From Candidatus Bathyarchaeia archaeon (GTDB taxonomy: Archaea; Thermoproteota; Bathyarchaeia; Bathyarchaeales; Bathycorpusculaceae): a DNA stretch of 64,000 nucleotides. Below, in pieces: positions 19,795-30,111 of this stretch (position 1 is the stretch's first letter; each line of letters begins with the position of its first letter). The notes below the pieces were generated by a model. The model ran no database searches and was not told the DNA's origin. It saw nothing but the letters and a program-made list of their open reading frames with translations. The stretch is from the NCBI GenBank assembly GCA_049512935.1, contig JBEKWR010000001.1, positions 1-64,000 on the forward strand, read 5' to 3'. The position numbers and the translations under genes were made by a program.

Positions 19795-20103
19795 TTATTT
19801 TTCCTCTAAAGCTGCTTCAAAGTCCGCGCGGAAATCTTCGTATGTGTATTGAAGAGATATCTTTCGTTCCTTGACTATTTCCATCATTTCCCAGAGCGTT
19901 AAGCCGGAGATTTTTGCGGCTTTCTGCAGAGTTACTTTTCCGTCACAATAGAGATTCAGCGCTCTTTCAAGTTTCCAATCGGCAATTGCCCTCGCTAAGA
20001 GCTTTCTGACGACAATTGCGCGGCAGGTTTTTTCTTCCTTTTCGATTTCGCCCAAATCTTTTGCCATTTTGCTTGTAATCCGCGTTGTAATGATATCTGT
20101 CAT
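19795..20103 (-). CDS. UPF0175 family putative antitoxin
   Basis: RHH-like N-terminus, then W.LERAL.LY..GKVTL.KAAKISGLTLWE; paralog of the 25658 ORF. Confidence 0.85.
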   Translation of the reverse strand: MTDIITTRITSKMAKDLGEIEKEEKTCRAIVVRKLLARAIADWKLERALNLYCDGKVTLQKAAKISGLTLWEMMEIVKERKISLQYTYEDFRADFEAALEEK

Positions 20104-20168
20104 TTAGAATTTTACCTACAAATTTGGTATACAAAAGATAGAAACGACTACGCTTAAAAACGTCCTCT

Positions 20169-20795
20169 TTAACCAGAAGAATTCGCGCCACTTTTCTGCG
20201 TTTCTTGTTCGTCTTTTAGTGCTTCGCCAAAAATCTTTTTCAAGTTTCTTTTCATTTCGGTTATGTCATTGGGCAGACCGAAGTAATCGGCGAAGTCAGC
20301 CGTGGTCCTCAACATCATCGAGCGCCCGCTTTTTTCAGCCATAATCAAATGGCTCTCCTTCAGCTCCTTAATATGACCGTAGGCGTGTTGTCCCCTGACG
20401 TCGATGACTCGTTTTTGGCTGATAGGCTGCCTAAGTGCAATGTAAGAAAGCGTTTTGAGGGGACCTTGAGAAAGCAACGGTCGGTTCACCAGCTTCTGGA
20501 TTAAATGAGTGAATTCTGCCTTGACCTGCAGAACGTAGCGTTCGTCTTTTAAAGCTAAAATTTCAAGCGCCGTGCTTCTCGCATTATATTCCTGCATTAG
20601 GGCGTCTGCGTATTTCTGGGCTTTCTTTTTGCTGCGGCTACCTATGACTTGGCATAGCTCGTTCAAGTCCAGCGGTCGCCCGGCAACAAAGAGGGCGGCT
20701 TCTATGAGCACAATGCAGTGAGCTCTCCGCTCGTCATCCTGCGCCTGCTCAGCGTCAGGGTTCGGTTCAGCTGGTTGTTCCTTGGGCTTTTCCAA
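20169..20795 (-). CDS. scpB: SMC-Scp complex subunit ScpB
   Basis: IEAALF.AG.PL, L.TLSYIA..QPI, RG, TT..F.DYFGL. Confidence 0.92.
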   Translation of the reverse strand: MEKPKEQPAEPNPDAEQAQDDERRAHCIVLIEAALFVAGRPLDLNELCQVIGSRSKKKAQKYADALMQEYNARSTALEILALKDERYVLQVKAEFTHLIQKLVNRPLLSQGPLKTLSYIALRQPISQKRVIDVRGQHAYGHIKELKESHLIMAEKSGRSMMLRTTADFADYFGLPNDITEMKRNLKKIFGEALKDEQETQKSGANSSG

Positions 20796-21480
20796 CGTTC
20801 AGTTTCCCCACTGCGATGTATAATTCTTCAGTTTCCTCGTTCTGCCATAAACTCACTCGGGCATCCTGAGCTAAAAACAACAGGTAAATAAACGTTCTTA
20901 ACGCTTCGATTCGGGTGGCGTTTTTGGTGAGAGTTGAAAAATCAATTATTCCTGACCCCTTCACTTTCTCGCAAATCATGGCGTACAAACTTTCAGTTTG
21001 CAGTTCGATTTCGGCCATGAACTTGTCAAACTGCGGCATCAGGTCCGTCATAGACGGCAAAATCGGGTGCTCAACCACGCGGTCAAGATGCAGCAGCCTT
21101 TCACCCTTCAACACGTCGTCTAAGACTTCGAGGAGATGCTGAATGGTTGTGGAAGTTAACTCGTGCCTAAGCGGCAGAAACAGCGGCGGCGGAACATAAT
21201 CCAGCGGGCCCGTAGGCGGAGGCGCAGGCGGCTCTTGCAGGGTAAGCAGCAGCTTGGTTTTCATCAGGTAAATCAGGGCTGAAGAGTCCAATGCGACGCC
21301 TGAGGCTCGAAAATCCATCTTGTCGGTCCTCTCCATCTCGGCGAGAAATGACCGCAGAAGATAGGAGATGTTGATGTTCCATGGAGTCAGCTTCTCAAGC
21401 TTGCTGATTTCAAAAAGGATGTTCCATGGCGGGCGCAGGTAGAACGGCTTTCTAAGAGGCGCTGTGGATGCCGACGCCAT
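20767..21480 (-). CDS. scpA: Kleisin ScpA
   Basis: PWNINI, L..MKTKLLL and F..LLFLA motifs; between smc and scpB. Confidence 0.85.
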   Translation of the reverse strand: MASASTAPLRKPFYLRPPWNILFEISKLEKLTPWNINISYLLRSFLAEMERTDKMDFRASGVALDSSALIYLMKTKLLLTLQEPPAPPPTGPLDYVPPPLFLPLRHELTSTTIQHLLEVLDDVLKGERLLHLDRVVEHPILPSMTDLMPQFDKFMAEIELQTESLYAMICEKVKGSGIIDFSTLTKNATRIEALRTFIYLLFLAQDARVSLWQNEETEELYIAVGKLNVGKAQGTTS

Positions 21481-24400
21481 TTATCTTGGCGCCTCCGCTG
21501 GGAACTTGGCTGTCACAACGTTGGAGACGCCGTTTAGTTCGTAGACGCCGTAGACTTTCTGCGCCTTGTTAACCATTTCAGGTCTGAGCGTGATTACTAT
21601 GAACTGCATTTTTGCGGCTTCTTCAAGAAGCAACTCGGCAAGCCTTGTCGTGTGGTAAGCGTCCAAGTGCGCGTCCACCTCGTCAAGAATGTAGAACGAT
21701 GCAGGCGTGAACTCTCTGAGCGAGAAAATGAAGGCAACAGCCGACACGGAACGCTCCCCGCCACTTGCCCCGCTGACCACAATGGAGGGCTTGTTGGGGA
21801 ACTGCACAATCATGTCTATGCCGCCGCTGAAGGGTTCTTCCGGGTTTTCAAGCTTAAGCGTGGCTTCTCCGCCTCCGGTGAGTTTAAGGAAGTAGCCTTT
21901 GAGGCTGCTGTTGATTTTGTCGAAGGCGTCCATGAAGACCCTGCGTTTCTTAGCTTCGACTTCATCCATAAACTGAACGATGGCTTGCTTTTCCCGTTCC
22001 AACTCGTTCAATCGGACCGATAATTCTCGGTAACGTGAAAGCTGGTCTGCATAGTGGGAGAGTGCAAGCTGGTTTACGGCGCCTATCCGCTCCATTTCAA
22101 ACTGCATCATTCGGATGGTTGTTTCCGCCTCTTCAACCTGCTTCTGAGTGGTTTCCTGAATCTGCTCGAACCCGAACTGGCGAAGTTGATCCTGCAGCTG
22201 CTGCAGGCGCAGCTGGTTTGTTTCCACGCCCAGTTGCAGCTGGTTTAGAAGTCTGTCTGCCTGCTCGTACTCTGAGTCGAGCACACGCAGTTCGGAGTCG
22301 ATGGCGTCGATTTGCCCGGTGAACTTTTTGGATTCTTCACGAGCCGAAAACACGGCTTTAGACAGTTCAACACGGGTTTTCTCCTCCTCGTCAAGCTGCT
22401 TCTTGACGGTTTCACGTTCCTGCAGCGCGTCTGCCACTTCTTTCTCCAGTTTTCTCTGTTGCTGCTCAACTTTAACTATCTGAATTTTGATGTTCTTGTA
22501 CCCGTTGCGGAGCACCCTGTCGAACTGTGACTGGTAAGTTGAAATCTCCGTCTGGGTTGACCCCGAGTTTTGCCGCAGATTGTTAACTTCTTCCCCGAGC
22601 TTTTCCCGTTCAGCCTCAAGCGCCGATATGTGGGTCACGTCTGTTTTTAACCTTAAACTGGCTATTTCGGCACGCAGCTTTTCATCTTGTCTCCGAATGC
22701 TGTTGCGTTCGTTTCGGTACGTTTCCATGCGGCCCTTGTAAGCCGCCGCTTCACGCCCAAGTTTGCCACCGTACTTATCCGTGTGCCGAATGTTAAATTG
22801 GGTTCTCTTGACGCCGCGTTTGACCCGCACTATTTCCCTGTCCAGGGTTGCGATGCCTTCCACAAGCCGCGTCATATCGATTTTGGCTCGTTCAATCTCC
22901 TCCTCAAGACCTGAGATGTCGGTTCCTCTCTGAGTCAGGTGAGTCTGCAACGCGTTAACGGCTTCATCCAGGCTTTTCAGGGCGTTTTCGCTCGGGATGA
23001 TGGTTGAGAAGTCTATCGGCGCACGGTAATACCCGCTTTCGAAAGCGCCAGGCTCGTACAAGTCACCGTTAACCGTCACGGCGCGGTAGCCTTCGTTTGA
23101 AATAGCAAAAGCCGCTCTGTCGTTTGAAGCCACTACGGTGTCTCCGAAAACGTAGTTCACAGCCAACTCGTAGCTGCTCTCGTACTTCATGAAGCTGGTT
23201 AGGGCGCCGATGACGCCTTCGCGGCTAGGCGTTCCCTTGTTTTTCGGGTTGATAGCGCCCTGCAACGGGATAATCTTGATTCTGCCCAGTTTCATCCGCC
23301 TGAGCGTTTCGGTGCAGGTGAAGGCTGAATCCAGGTCTGCCACAACCAACGCGTCAAGCCAACCAGTCGCCGCAGCCTCAATGGCTTTCTTGTAGTTCTT
23401 GTCAATCTTAATCAGGTTCCGAAGCCTGCCAAGAATCCCGTTTATCGCGCCTACGTTGCCCATTTCCTCAATGCTTCTCAACGCTTTTTCTTCAGCAGCG
23501 ATAGTGGCGGCAAGATCCCTCTGCGTGGCAAACTCTATCACGGCATCTTTGGCGGAACTGGCTATTTTTTCAGCTTCACCGATTTCTTTTTCAACGGTTT
23601 CCTTCTGCGTTGTTTTGCGTTCGATCGTACTTTCAAGGTTTTTAAGCTGGCTTTTCTGGTCTTTCTGGACTTGCTCCAGCTCAGAGAGTGACTTTTCAAT
23701 TTCGGCTAAGCTTGTCTGGAATCTTTCTTTTCGCACGTTCAAGTTTTTTATTCTTCCCGTGCAGAGACGAAGCGCCGCTTTGTCTTGAGTGTACATCGAA
23801 CGCAGGTACGCCAAACGCTTAACGTGGCTATCGATTTCAGTCTGCTTTGCACGTATCTGCCCGTTGTTACCGTCAAGTCCACCCCAAAGCTCGGCTGTCT
23901 GCTTCGCCAGCGCTTCATGCTCAGAAGCCTTTTGAGCCATCTGTTCTTGAATTTTCCCGAGTTCACTTCGAAACGCCCTGATTTTCAAACGGTTTTCCCG
24001 TATTTCGCTTCGAATGGTTTCCTGCTGGGCAAGGTTGTTTTCTCTTATGCGCTTTAGGCTTTCCAGGGTTCCCTGACCAGAATTGATTTTCGTGGTTAAC
24101 TCGGTTAACTTGGATTTTAACTCGCCGATCGTTATTTGAACCTTAAGAACCTGTGAGCCGCCTTCTTCAAGGTTTTCGCCGCTGAGCTTACGCCATTCAC
24201 CCTCGATGTCATGACGTTTATTCCTGCGCAGGTCACGCTGCTCTTTGAGCTTGTCAACCCTAGCTTTTACTTTTTCAGTTTGGCTTCCCGCCTCGTTTAA
24301 TTTGGCGTTCACCTGGGTTATGTCACTTGATATCTTGATGGCTTGAAACTTTTTTGTTTCCTCTTGAATAAAGTCGTGACGCTGAAGCTGGTTGCGTTCC

Positions 24401-25032
24401 CGCTCCAAATCATCAAGGCGTTTCTGAACCTCGTCGATTCTTCCCATGGCAGTGCGGATTGAAATGTCTCCTGCGCGGAGTTTTTCCTCGGCTTCAGCCT
24501 TCTCCGAGTCGTACTGGCCTATCCCGACGAGGTCTTCGATTATTTTTCGTCGTTCCAAAGAGTTAATCTCTGTCAGCCTCGTCAGGGTGCCCTGCGGGAT
24601 GATATTTTGGCTCATGCTGCTGATCGAGCTCATAGAGAGGGTTTCCGTGATGTAAGCTCTGGACATTCTCCTGCCGTTTAAGCGGTAAACGCTTTGACCA
24701 TTCTTGAAAACCTCACGGGAAATCGTCACCGTAGTTGTGTCCACGGGCATTGTGCCGTCTGAATTGTCAAATTGAATAACAACCTTCGCCATCTTGGCTT
24801 TTTCCTGCCCCGCCTTCTCTGAACCGTGAAAAATCAGGTGAGCAGCGCTTTCAGCTCGAAGCCTCCGTGTGCTAAGCTCGCCAAGAGAGAACAGCACGGC
24901 GTCGATTATGTTGGATTTTCCGCTTCCGTTCGGGCCCGTTAAGGCAGTGAAGCCTTTGTCTAAAGATATTTTGACGGTCTGCGGCCCGAAAGACTTGAAG
25001 CCTTTCAACTCGATTTTTTTTATGTAGGGCAT
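21481..25032 (-). CDS. smc: Chromosome segregation protein SMC
   Basis: GFKSF, GPNGSGKSN, coiled coils, hinge, SGGERS, ILDEVDAHLD. Confidence 0.98.
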   Translation of the reverse strand: MPYIKKIELKGFKSFGPQTVKISLDKGFTALTGPNGSGKSNIIDAVLFSLGELSTRRLRAESAAHLIFHGSEKAGQEKAKMAKVVIQFDNSDGTMPVDTTTVTISREVFKNGQSVYRLNGRRMSRAYITETLSMSSISSMSQNIIPQGTLTRLTEINSLERRKIIEDLVGIGQYDSEKAEAEEKLRAGDISIRTAMGRIDEVQKRLDDLERERNQLQRHDFIQEETKKFQAIKISSDITQVNAKLNEAGSQTEKVKARVDKLKEQRDLRRNKRHDIEGEWRKLSGENLEEGGSQVLKVQITIGELKSKLTELTTKINSGQGTLESLKRIRENNLAQQETIRSEIRENRLKIRAFRSELGKIQEQMAQKASEHEALAKQTAELWGGLDGNNGQIRAKQTEIDSHVKRLAYLRSMYTQDKAALRLCTGRIKNLNVRKERFQTSLAEIEKSLSELEQVQKDQKSQLKNLESTIERKTTQKETVEKEIGEAEKIASSAKDAVIEFATQRDLAATIAAEEKALRSIEEMGNVGAINGILGRLRNLIKIDKNYKKAIEAAATGWLDALVVADLDSAFTCTETLRRMKLGRIKIIPLQGAINPKNKGTPSREGVIGALTSFMKYESSYELAVNYVFGDTVVASNDRAAFAISNEGYRAVTVNGDLYEPGAFESGYYRAPIDFSTIIPSENALKSLDEAVNALQTHLTQRGTDISGLEEEIERAKIDMTRLVEGIATLDREIVRVKRGVKRTQFNIRHTDKYGGKLGREAAAYKGRMETYRNERNSIRRQDEKLRAEIASLRLKTDVTHISALEAEREKLGEEVNNLRQNSGSTQTEISTYQSQFDRVLRNGYKNIKIQIVKVEQQQRKLEKEVADALQERETVKKQLDEEEKTRVELSKAVFSAREESKKFTGQIDAIDSELRVLDSEYEQADRLLNQLQLGVETNQLRLQQLQDQLRQFGFEQIQETTQKQVEEAETTIRMMQFEMERIGAVNQLALSHYADQLSRYRELSVRLNELEREKQAIVQFMDEVEAKKRRVFMDAFDKINSSLKGYFLKLTGGGEATLKLENPEEPFSGGIDMIVQFPNKPSIVVSGASGGERSVSAVAFIFSLREFTPASFYILDEVDAHLDAYHTTRLAELLLEEAAKMQFIVITLRPEMVNKAQKVYGVYELNGVSNVVTAKFPAEAPR

Positions 25033-25657
25033 TTAGCCTTGTCCTCACGGCAGCGGTCTATGTTATTTTAACATCTCATCCACATACGTATAAAAGCTTA
25101 TAGATATGCTACAGCGTTTATAGGAATACTTTTGAGATGTTGAGTTGTCCTAAGCGTTTGAAAATCTCTTAGGTTTTTTGTAGAAATGCATTGTGACCAC
25201 GTTGTATGTCTATCGGAGCTCCTGATTTAAGTTTAAAGAAACAAGTGGTAACGATCTTCACCGCCGCGTGAATCAAGAAACTGTTCTCATTCACTGCACG
25301 GGCCGTTCTAAGCCACAGCGCCAACAGGGTTCAGCACCAAATTTTCACCAAACCCACTGGACATAATTTACAGCAACATTTCAGGAAACTTGTATGCTTT
25401 AACGGTAAATACCAGTCCTAGCCTAAGTTCTGGCAATTACAACGTAAATGCTGAAGCCACCTTGACCATACCCATTCAAATGCTCGTTCCAAATAGCAAT
25501 TGGCGCGGTGTGATAGTTTGTCAAGTTACCAGCTGGGTGAATAGTAACATAGGGGTTCCCTTCGAGAGTTCGTTCATTATCAAAGAAGAGAGGATTTGTG
25601 CGTTTCGCCAAAAAGCACTTATGTATGCATTTGCTATCAATTGTATACGTGATATTG

Positions 25658-25987
25658 ATGACGCTTAAACCGTTAGCTGTAAGAATACCTTCAGAAGTCG
25701 AACAAGAAATCAGCGAAATCGTCGAGGAAGAAAAAGTGGATAAAGCAACAGTAGTGAGAAACCTTCTCGAAATAGGTCTCGCTGAATGGCGCAAGCAAAC
25801 CGCGCTGGATCTTTTGCAGGAGGGGAAAGCCACTTTTGCTAAGGCGGCGGAGATTGCTAAGCTTTCGCTTTGGGAATTTGCTGACCTTGTTAAGCAACGC
25901 AATATAGAGTGGGTTAGATTTACCCCTGATGAAGTAGAAAAAGAGTTCAGGGAAGCGTCGGCGGCGAAATGCGAGAGAAGCCGTTAG
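25658..25987 (+). CDS. UPF0175 family antitoxin
   Basis: LAVRIP RHH-like start, GKATFAKAAEIAKLSLWEF; overlaps the PIN gene. Confidence 0.88.
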   Translation: MTLKPLAVRIPSEVEQEISEIVEEEKVDKATVVRNLLEIGLAEWRKQTALDLLQEGKATFAKAAEIAKLSLWEFADLVKQRNIEWVRFTPDEVEKEFREASAAKCERSR

Positions 25988-26487
25988 TTTTTGATTCTAC
26001 GCCGTTAATTTACTTAACGAAGGCTGGGCTAAGTAGAATCTTCAAGGAATTAGATGGAGAAAAGTTAACCTCACTTCTGGTTAAAAGTGAAGTTGTTGAT
26101 GCAGGTAAGAACAAAGGTCTTCCTGATGCGCTTGTTTTAGATAAGTCGTTCATGAACGGTGTCTTCAAAGTGTGCGAACCCACAGATAAGAAGCTCTTGA
26201 ACAGGTTGTTGAGTACTCACGGGCTTCATGTTGCTGACGCAGAAGTTTTAACCCTTGCCCATGAACATGCGGGCATCGCGGTGATAGATGACGAAGTTGC
26301 CAGGAAGACAGCGAAAGTTTACGAGATTGAATACGCCGGTTCAGCTTATGTTTTAATGAGGGCGGTTTGTGAAGGGCTCATTTCGAAAGCGAAGGCTAAA
26401 CAAGCAGTTAATGACATGGTTTCTTCAGGTTGGCGGTGTAGTGTTGAGAGTTACATGAAGATCATAGAAGCTTTAGAAAAACTATGA
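25969..26487 (+). CDS. PIN-domain toxin, DUF3368 family
   Basis: VFDSTPLIYL, EVV, L..ADAEVL.LA, IDDEVAR..A. Confidence 0.88.
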   Translation: MREKPLVFDSTPLIYLTKAGLSRIFKELDGEKLTSLLVKSEVVDAGKNKGLPDALVLDKSFMNGVFKVCEPTDKKLLNRLLSTHGLHVADAEVLTLAHEHAGIAVIDDEVARKTAKVYEIEYAGSAYVLMRAVCEGLISKAKAKQAVNDMVSSGWRCSVESYMKIIEALEKL

Positions 26488-26494
26488 CCCGCTT

Positions 26495-26540
26495 TAGGGC
26501 TGTGAATCCTTTGTCTAAGGATATCTTGATGGTCTGCGGC
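26495..26540 (-). repeat. Diverged 46-bp copy of smc 5' coding sequence (24940-24985)
   Basis: 40/46 identical; encodes PQTIKISLDKGFTAL versus smc PQTVKISLDKGFTAL. Confidence 0.9.
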
Positions 26541-26877
26541 GTTCAATCTGCCTTTCTTCTTCTACTACGAGATAGGCTTTGCGTTCTTGAAGACTGAAAT
26601 GAGCGGCACGTTGTTTCACAGGTGTACCAGCACGATTGGATTCCGCTTTATTCGATTGCTGCCCTAAACGTAGTGGAGGCAGTAACCGTGATTCGAACCA
26701 AAAGATGCACAACAAATTCTAACCCCAAGTGAAAATGGAGGAGTTGGAACAAACAGAAAAATGAGGAATCTTCTTGTTTTGATGGCAGCGCATTCTTTTC
26801 GAAAGTGAAAACGGGTTCTCTTTTTCCTACAAAAAATTCCTTGAACTCTTGAAAAAACACAGATTACTTGAATTTAA

Positions 26878-26896
26878 ACAAAAAAAAGAAAAGGGG
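26878..26896 (-). terminator. Oligo-U terminator of the surface-protein gene
   Basis: Minus strand CCCCTTTTCTTTTTTTT about 20 nt after the stop. Confidence 0.55.
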
Positions 26897-26913
26897 TTTT
26901 GTTTGTTTTGTTC

Positions 26914-29598
26914 TTATGGTCTCTTTCTGAGGATAAGCAATCCGACTATGGCTATCGCGATGATTATGGCGATTACTGCGACGACCATGTAACCCATCAG
27001 GTCTGACGAGGTGACGTAGTTCGTTATGGGTGCTGCTGTTGGTGCGGGTGTTGCTGCTGCTGGTGAAGAGTAGAAGTGTGTTTCAGCGGTCGAGCCAAAG
27101 TAGCCGTTGTTGCCTGCGAAGTTGGCGTAGACTGTGAAGTTGCCGGGGATGTCTGGAGCCCATGTTAGACTGTATGAGCCGCTGCTGTCTGTTGTTGCTG
27201 TGCCTATCACTCTGGTGTTGCCGTTAGAGTCATGAACAGATATCACAACTGGTACGCCTGTGAAGTTGGTTGGCATTGGCTGCTGCTGGTAAACGTAGCT
27301 CATCCACTGGCTCATGCTAGCGTCAGAAGCGCATGGAACACCGTTCGGAAAGTCGCCTGCCTGCTGAGTTTGTTTCGTGCCTGCTGAGACGTCCATGACT
27401 GCGCCGCTTATCACTACATTGCTGCCAAAGGCTTCAACGTTAGCTGTGGTGCTGCTTGGTCCTCTGCCAACAAGGTAGATCTGGTTGTCGTAGCCGTTGA
27501 AGAATGTGTTGTACCCGTCTGCCACTGCATATGATGTGGCGCAGGCTGTGGCATCTGAAAGCGTCCAGATTTCTTGTCCAGTTGTAGCGTTAATGGCGCG
27601 TGTTTCTGCACCCTTATAGATTGGTGTTTCAAAAGTGTGCTCACCAGTAACCGTGTATACTACTCCGTTGGCTATAGCAGATATGTAAGTCGGGTAATTT
27701 GTTGCCCAGTTAAGGCCCGCGCTAGTGCTGTTGCCTTCGCCGCCGTTGCCGAATACCCAAAGCAGGTTTCCAGTAGTCAAATCATAACAGTAGACTATTC
27801 CGCTCATACCGCCGATGTATAGATTGCCGTAAGCCAATGTTGGACCTTGTCCGCTCCATCCTGTTGCGAAGAAGTTTAAGGCTGTCTGAGGTGTTGTTGG
27901 ACCCCATATTTCTTTGCCTGTGCTCATGCTGTATCCTACGTACTGCATAGTTTCAGTGCGGTATTCAACGAAGACGCCGGCGCCGCCATTAGCTGTTTGG
28001 TCGGCTCCGTTGTATGAGATAGTCAAGTTGCCAGGTGGCGGGGTGACTGTGTTCGTCCATAGTTGAGTACCGATTGCAGTGCTAGTTGGGTTGAGGTTTA
28101 GGCCGACGTAGGTGTAGGGAGTCCATGTTGGTGATCCGAAAACGCTGTCGCCAGCAGATGGCATGGCACCAGCCTCGATGATTGCCATATTGTTGTAGAA
28201 AGCGCTCTCTATAGTGGCTGTTACGCCTACAGGTACTGTTGTGTCAAGTGAAGTCTCTGAAACGTTCCAGTCAAGTAAGCTTGGATTGCCTCCGGCAAGT
28301 ATCGGTGGAACTACAGAAGGAGTCGTTGAAGGGCCTGAGTATTCATTGTCCCAAAGTCTTGACGAGTTCCATTCTTGCAGATAGTATTGATTAGGTCCTA
28401 TTTGAGTGTATATCGGACCAAAAGGACCGTACCCCGTTATTTGGGTTGGTGCGAGGTTTACTAGGCTAACTATCAGGTATTCACCTTCAGGACCCATGAG
28501 TGCTGTGCCCGCGGGAACACCAGTTACGTTGAACAGCGGCGTTCCTGTGTCTGCATCATAACACATCCATTCCAGAGGTACCGGAGGCCCTAAGAAGGAT
28601 CCGCCGACAGTTGCAACTAAGATTGGCGGCCAAACTCCGTGCTCGTTGGGGTCTTGCATGTCGTATACGTAGGCGAAAGATAGTGCAGGCATAGTATTGC
28701 TGCTCCAGATTTGCTGTCCTGTCTGCAGGTTGATGCAGACGGTGGGTCCACCTGTGGAGTCTGCGTATGATAATGGTTCGGTGTAGATGAGCATTCCGTC
28801 AATTATTATTGGGTTGGTGTATCTAGTGGCGTATGCGCTTCCTTCGGCATATGTGTCTCCCTGAATGAGGAAGTTGTTTCCTCCTACGACTCCTCCACTC
28901 TCCAGCGGCGTTGTCCACATAACGTGGCTAGTTACTGATCCAACATCATTTGGTTGGAAAGTAGCGCCAGCCATTCCGCTTGAGTAGCCTGGTGCACCTG
29001 TGCCCAGCCAGTTTGACGAGACCGTCCACCAATTAGAGTTCAAGCCATAGATTGGTCGTGTCCAGTAGCTGGTCGGAAGAGGCGTTGTTGGGTAATACTG
29101 TAGCTGCGCTGTTTGCACGGTTAGCGTTGTTGTTGCGGAGCAGGCTGCGTAAACGTTGCCTTGTGCATTGACAGGCCCGAAGGGACCCACAAAGGGTGCC
29201 CAAGTGTATGTTTGCCCTGGGAAATTGAAGGTTAGAGTGTACGTGCCGGTTGTTGAGGGCGTGAAGTGGTAGTCTTGGTTTGCCGTTGGATCCGAAACAG
29301 TAGCAAATGTCTGTGTTGTGTTTGAGCCATCAGGTGCCGTGATTGTGAGCTTGTAGTTTGCCCATCGGACACTGTTGCCGAACGCCGCTCCTGGCAATAC
29401 TATGCTTAGCCACATGTCAATGTTAACTGATTGACCGATGCCTACGGGGTTGGGTGCTACATTAATGTACGCGTATGGGTGGAATGTTGGTGCAGTCGTT
29501 GCTTTAGCATTTGGTATTAGCATCATTGAAGCTGTCATAGAAAATATAAAGAGTGTTGCGATTACAATTGCTAAACTTTTATTTCTTGCAATATTCAT
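26914..29598 (-). CDS. Large secreted PQQ-like beta-propeller surface protein with C-terminal TM anchor
   Basis: Signal peptide, PNPVGIGQ Ig-like start, repeated (A/C).N..TG..IW / YDLTTG.LLW blades, PT linker, TM ending RKRP; ATG at 29598 after GGAG. Confidence 0.88.
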   Translation of the reverse strand: MNIARNKSLAIVIATLFIFSMTASMMLIPNAKATTAPTFHPYAYINVAPNPVGIGQSVNIDMWLSIVLPGAAFGNSVRWANYKLTITAPDGSNTTQTFATVSDPTANQDYHFTPSTTGTYTLTFNFPGQTYTWAPFVGPFGPVNAQGNVYAACSATTTLTVQTAQLQYYPTTPLPTSYWTRPIYGLNSNWWTVSSNWLGTGAPGYSSGMAGATFQPNDVGSVTSHVMWTTPLESGGVVGGNNFLIQGDTYAEGSAYATRYTNPIIIDGMLIYTEPLSYADSTGGPTVCINLQTGQQIWSSNTMPALSFAYVYDMQDPNEHGVWPPILVATVGGSFLGPPVPLEWMCYDADTGTPLFNVTGVPAGTALMGPEGEYLIVSLVNLAPTQITGYGPFGPIYTQIGPNQYYLQEWNSSRLWDNEYSGPSTTPSVVPPILAGGNPSLLDWNVSETSLDTTVPVGVTATIESAFYNNMAIIEAGAMPSAGDSVFGSPTWTPYTYVGLNLNPTSTAIGTQLWTNTVTPPPGNLTISYNGADQTANGGAGVFVEYRTETMQYVGYSMSTGKEIWGPTTPQTALNFFATGWSGQGPTLAYGNLYIGGMSGIVYCYDLTTGNLLWVFGNGGEGNSTSAGLNWATNYPTYISAIANGVVYTVTGEHTFETPIYKGAETRAINATTGQEIWTLSDATACATSYAVADGYNTFFNGYDNQIYLVGRGPSSTTANVEAFGSNVVISGAVMDVSAGTKQTQQAGDFPNGVPCASDASMSQWMSYVYQQQPMPTNFTGVPVVISVHDSNGNTRVIGTATTDSSGSYSLTWAPDIPGNFTVYANFAGNNGYFGSTAETHFYSSPAAATPAPTAAPITNYVTSSDLMGYMVVAVIAIIIAIAIVGLLILRKRP

Positions 29599-30111
29599 GT
29601 TTAGTCTTTCTCCATAGTTTTTTTTGCTGAGAAGAGTAAAGTTACTACTCTTCCCAACAAGTTGCACCACTTTGTCTTTTTGCCTTTAAATAACTTGTGT
29701 AAAAATCGCTAAACAAACGTTAAAAAAGCGGTGGAAGAAAGGAATAAATAAGCAAAGTTAAATTAAGTTAGCCCTTGATTTTACAAAAATTAATTGTGGG
29801 ATTGATGAATTTTTATTAATAATGCGAAAATATAGCCGCATATTGGTTGTTTTTGATAATGCTTTTGGTCTTTTGGTGAAGCTGAACGCGCCTTGTCTCG
29901 TTTTGCCCTATGACTCAAAGTTAGTTACTGCCCGAACTGGGTTTCTAGCACGTTTAGCATTAGCCAAAATGGTTCAGCCCCTGATTTTTTACCGTCAGCT
30001 GTTGGATAGCATGCTTTCGCTGAAATACCTGAAAGTCCAAATCGGCTATAGGATTGACTACAGCCGACCTGAACTGGCTCTTCATCTTGTCGAAAACAGA
30101 CAGTAATGCGG

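Noticed and set aside
25071-25141. Inverted repeat AACATCTCA/TGAGATGTT around the smc promoter as MITE ends
   Set aside because: Only 9 bp, no target duplication or second copy; may be chance or an operator
26670-26700. GTGATTCGAACC resembling a reversed tRNA T-loop
   Set aside because: No T-stem pairing and wrong spacing to a CCA end
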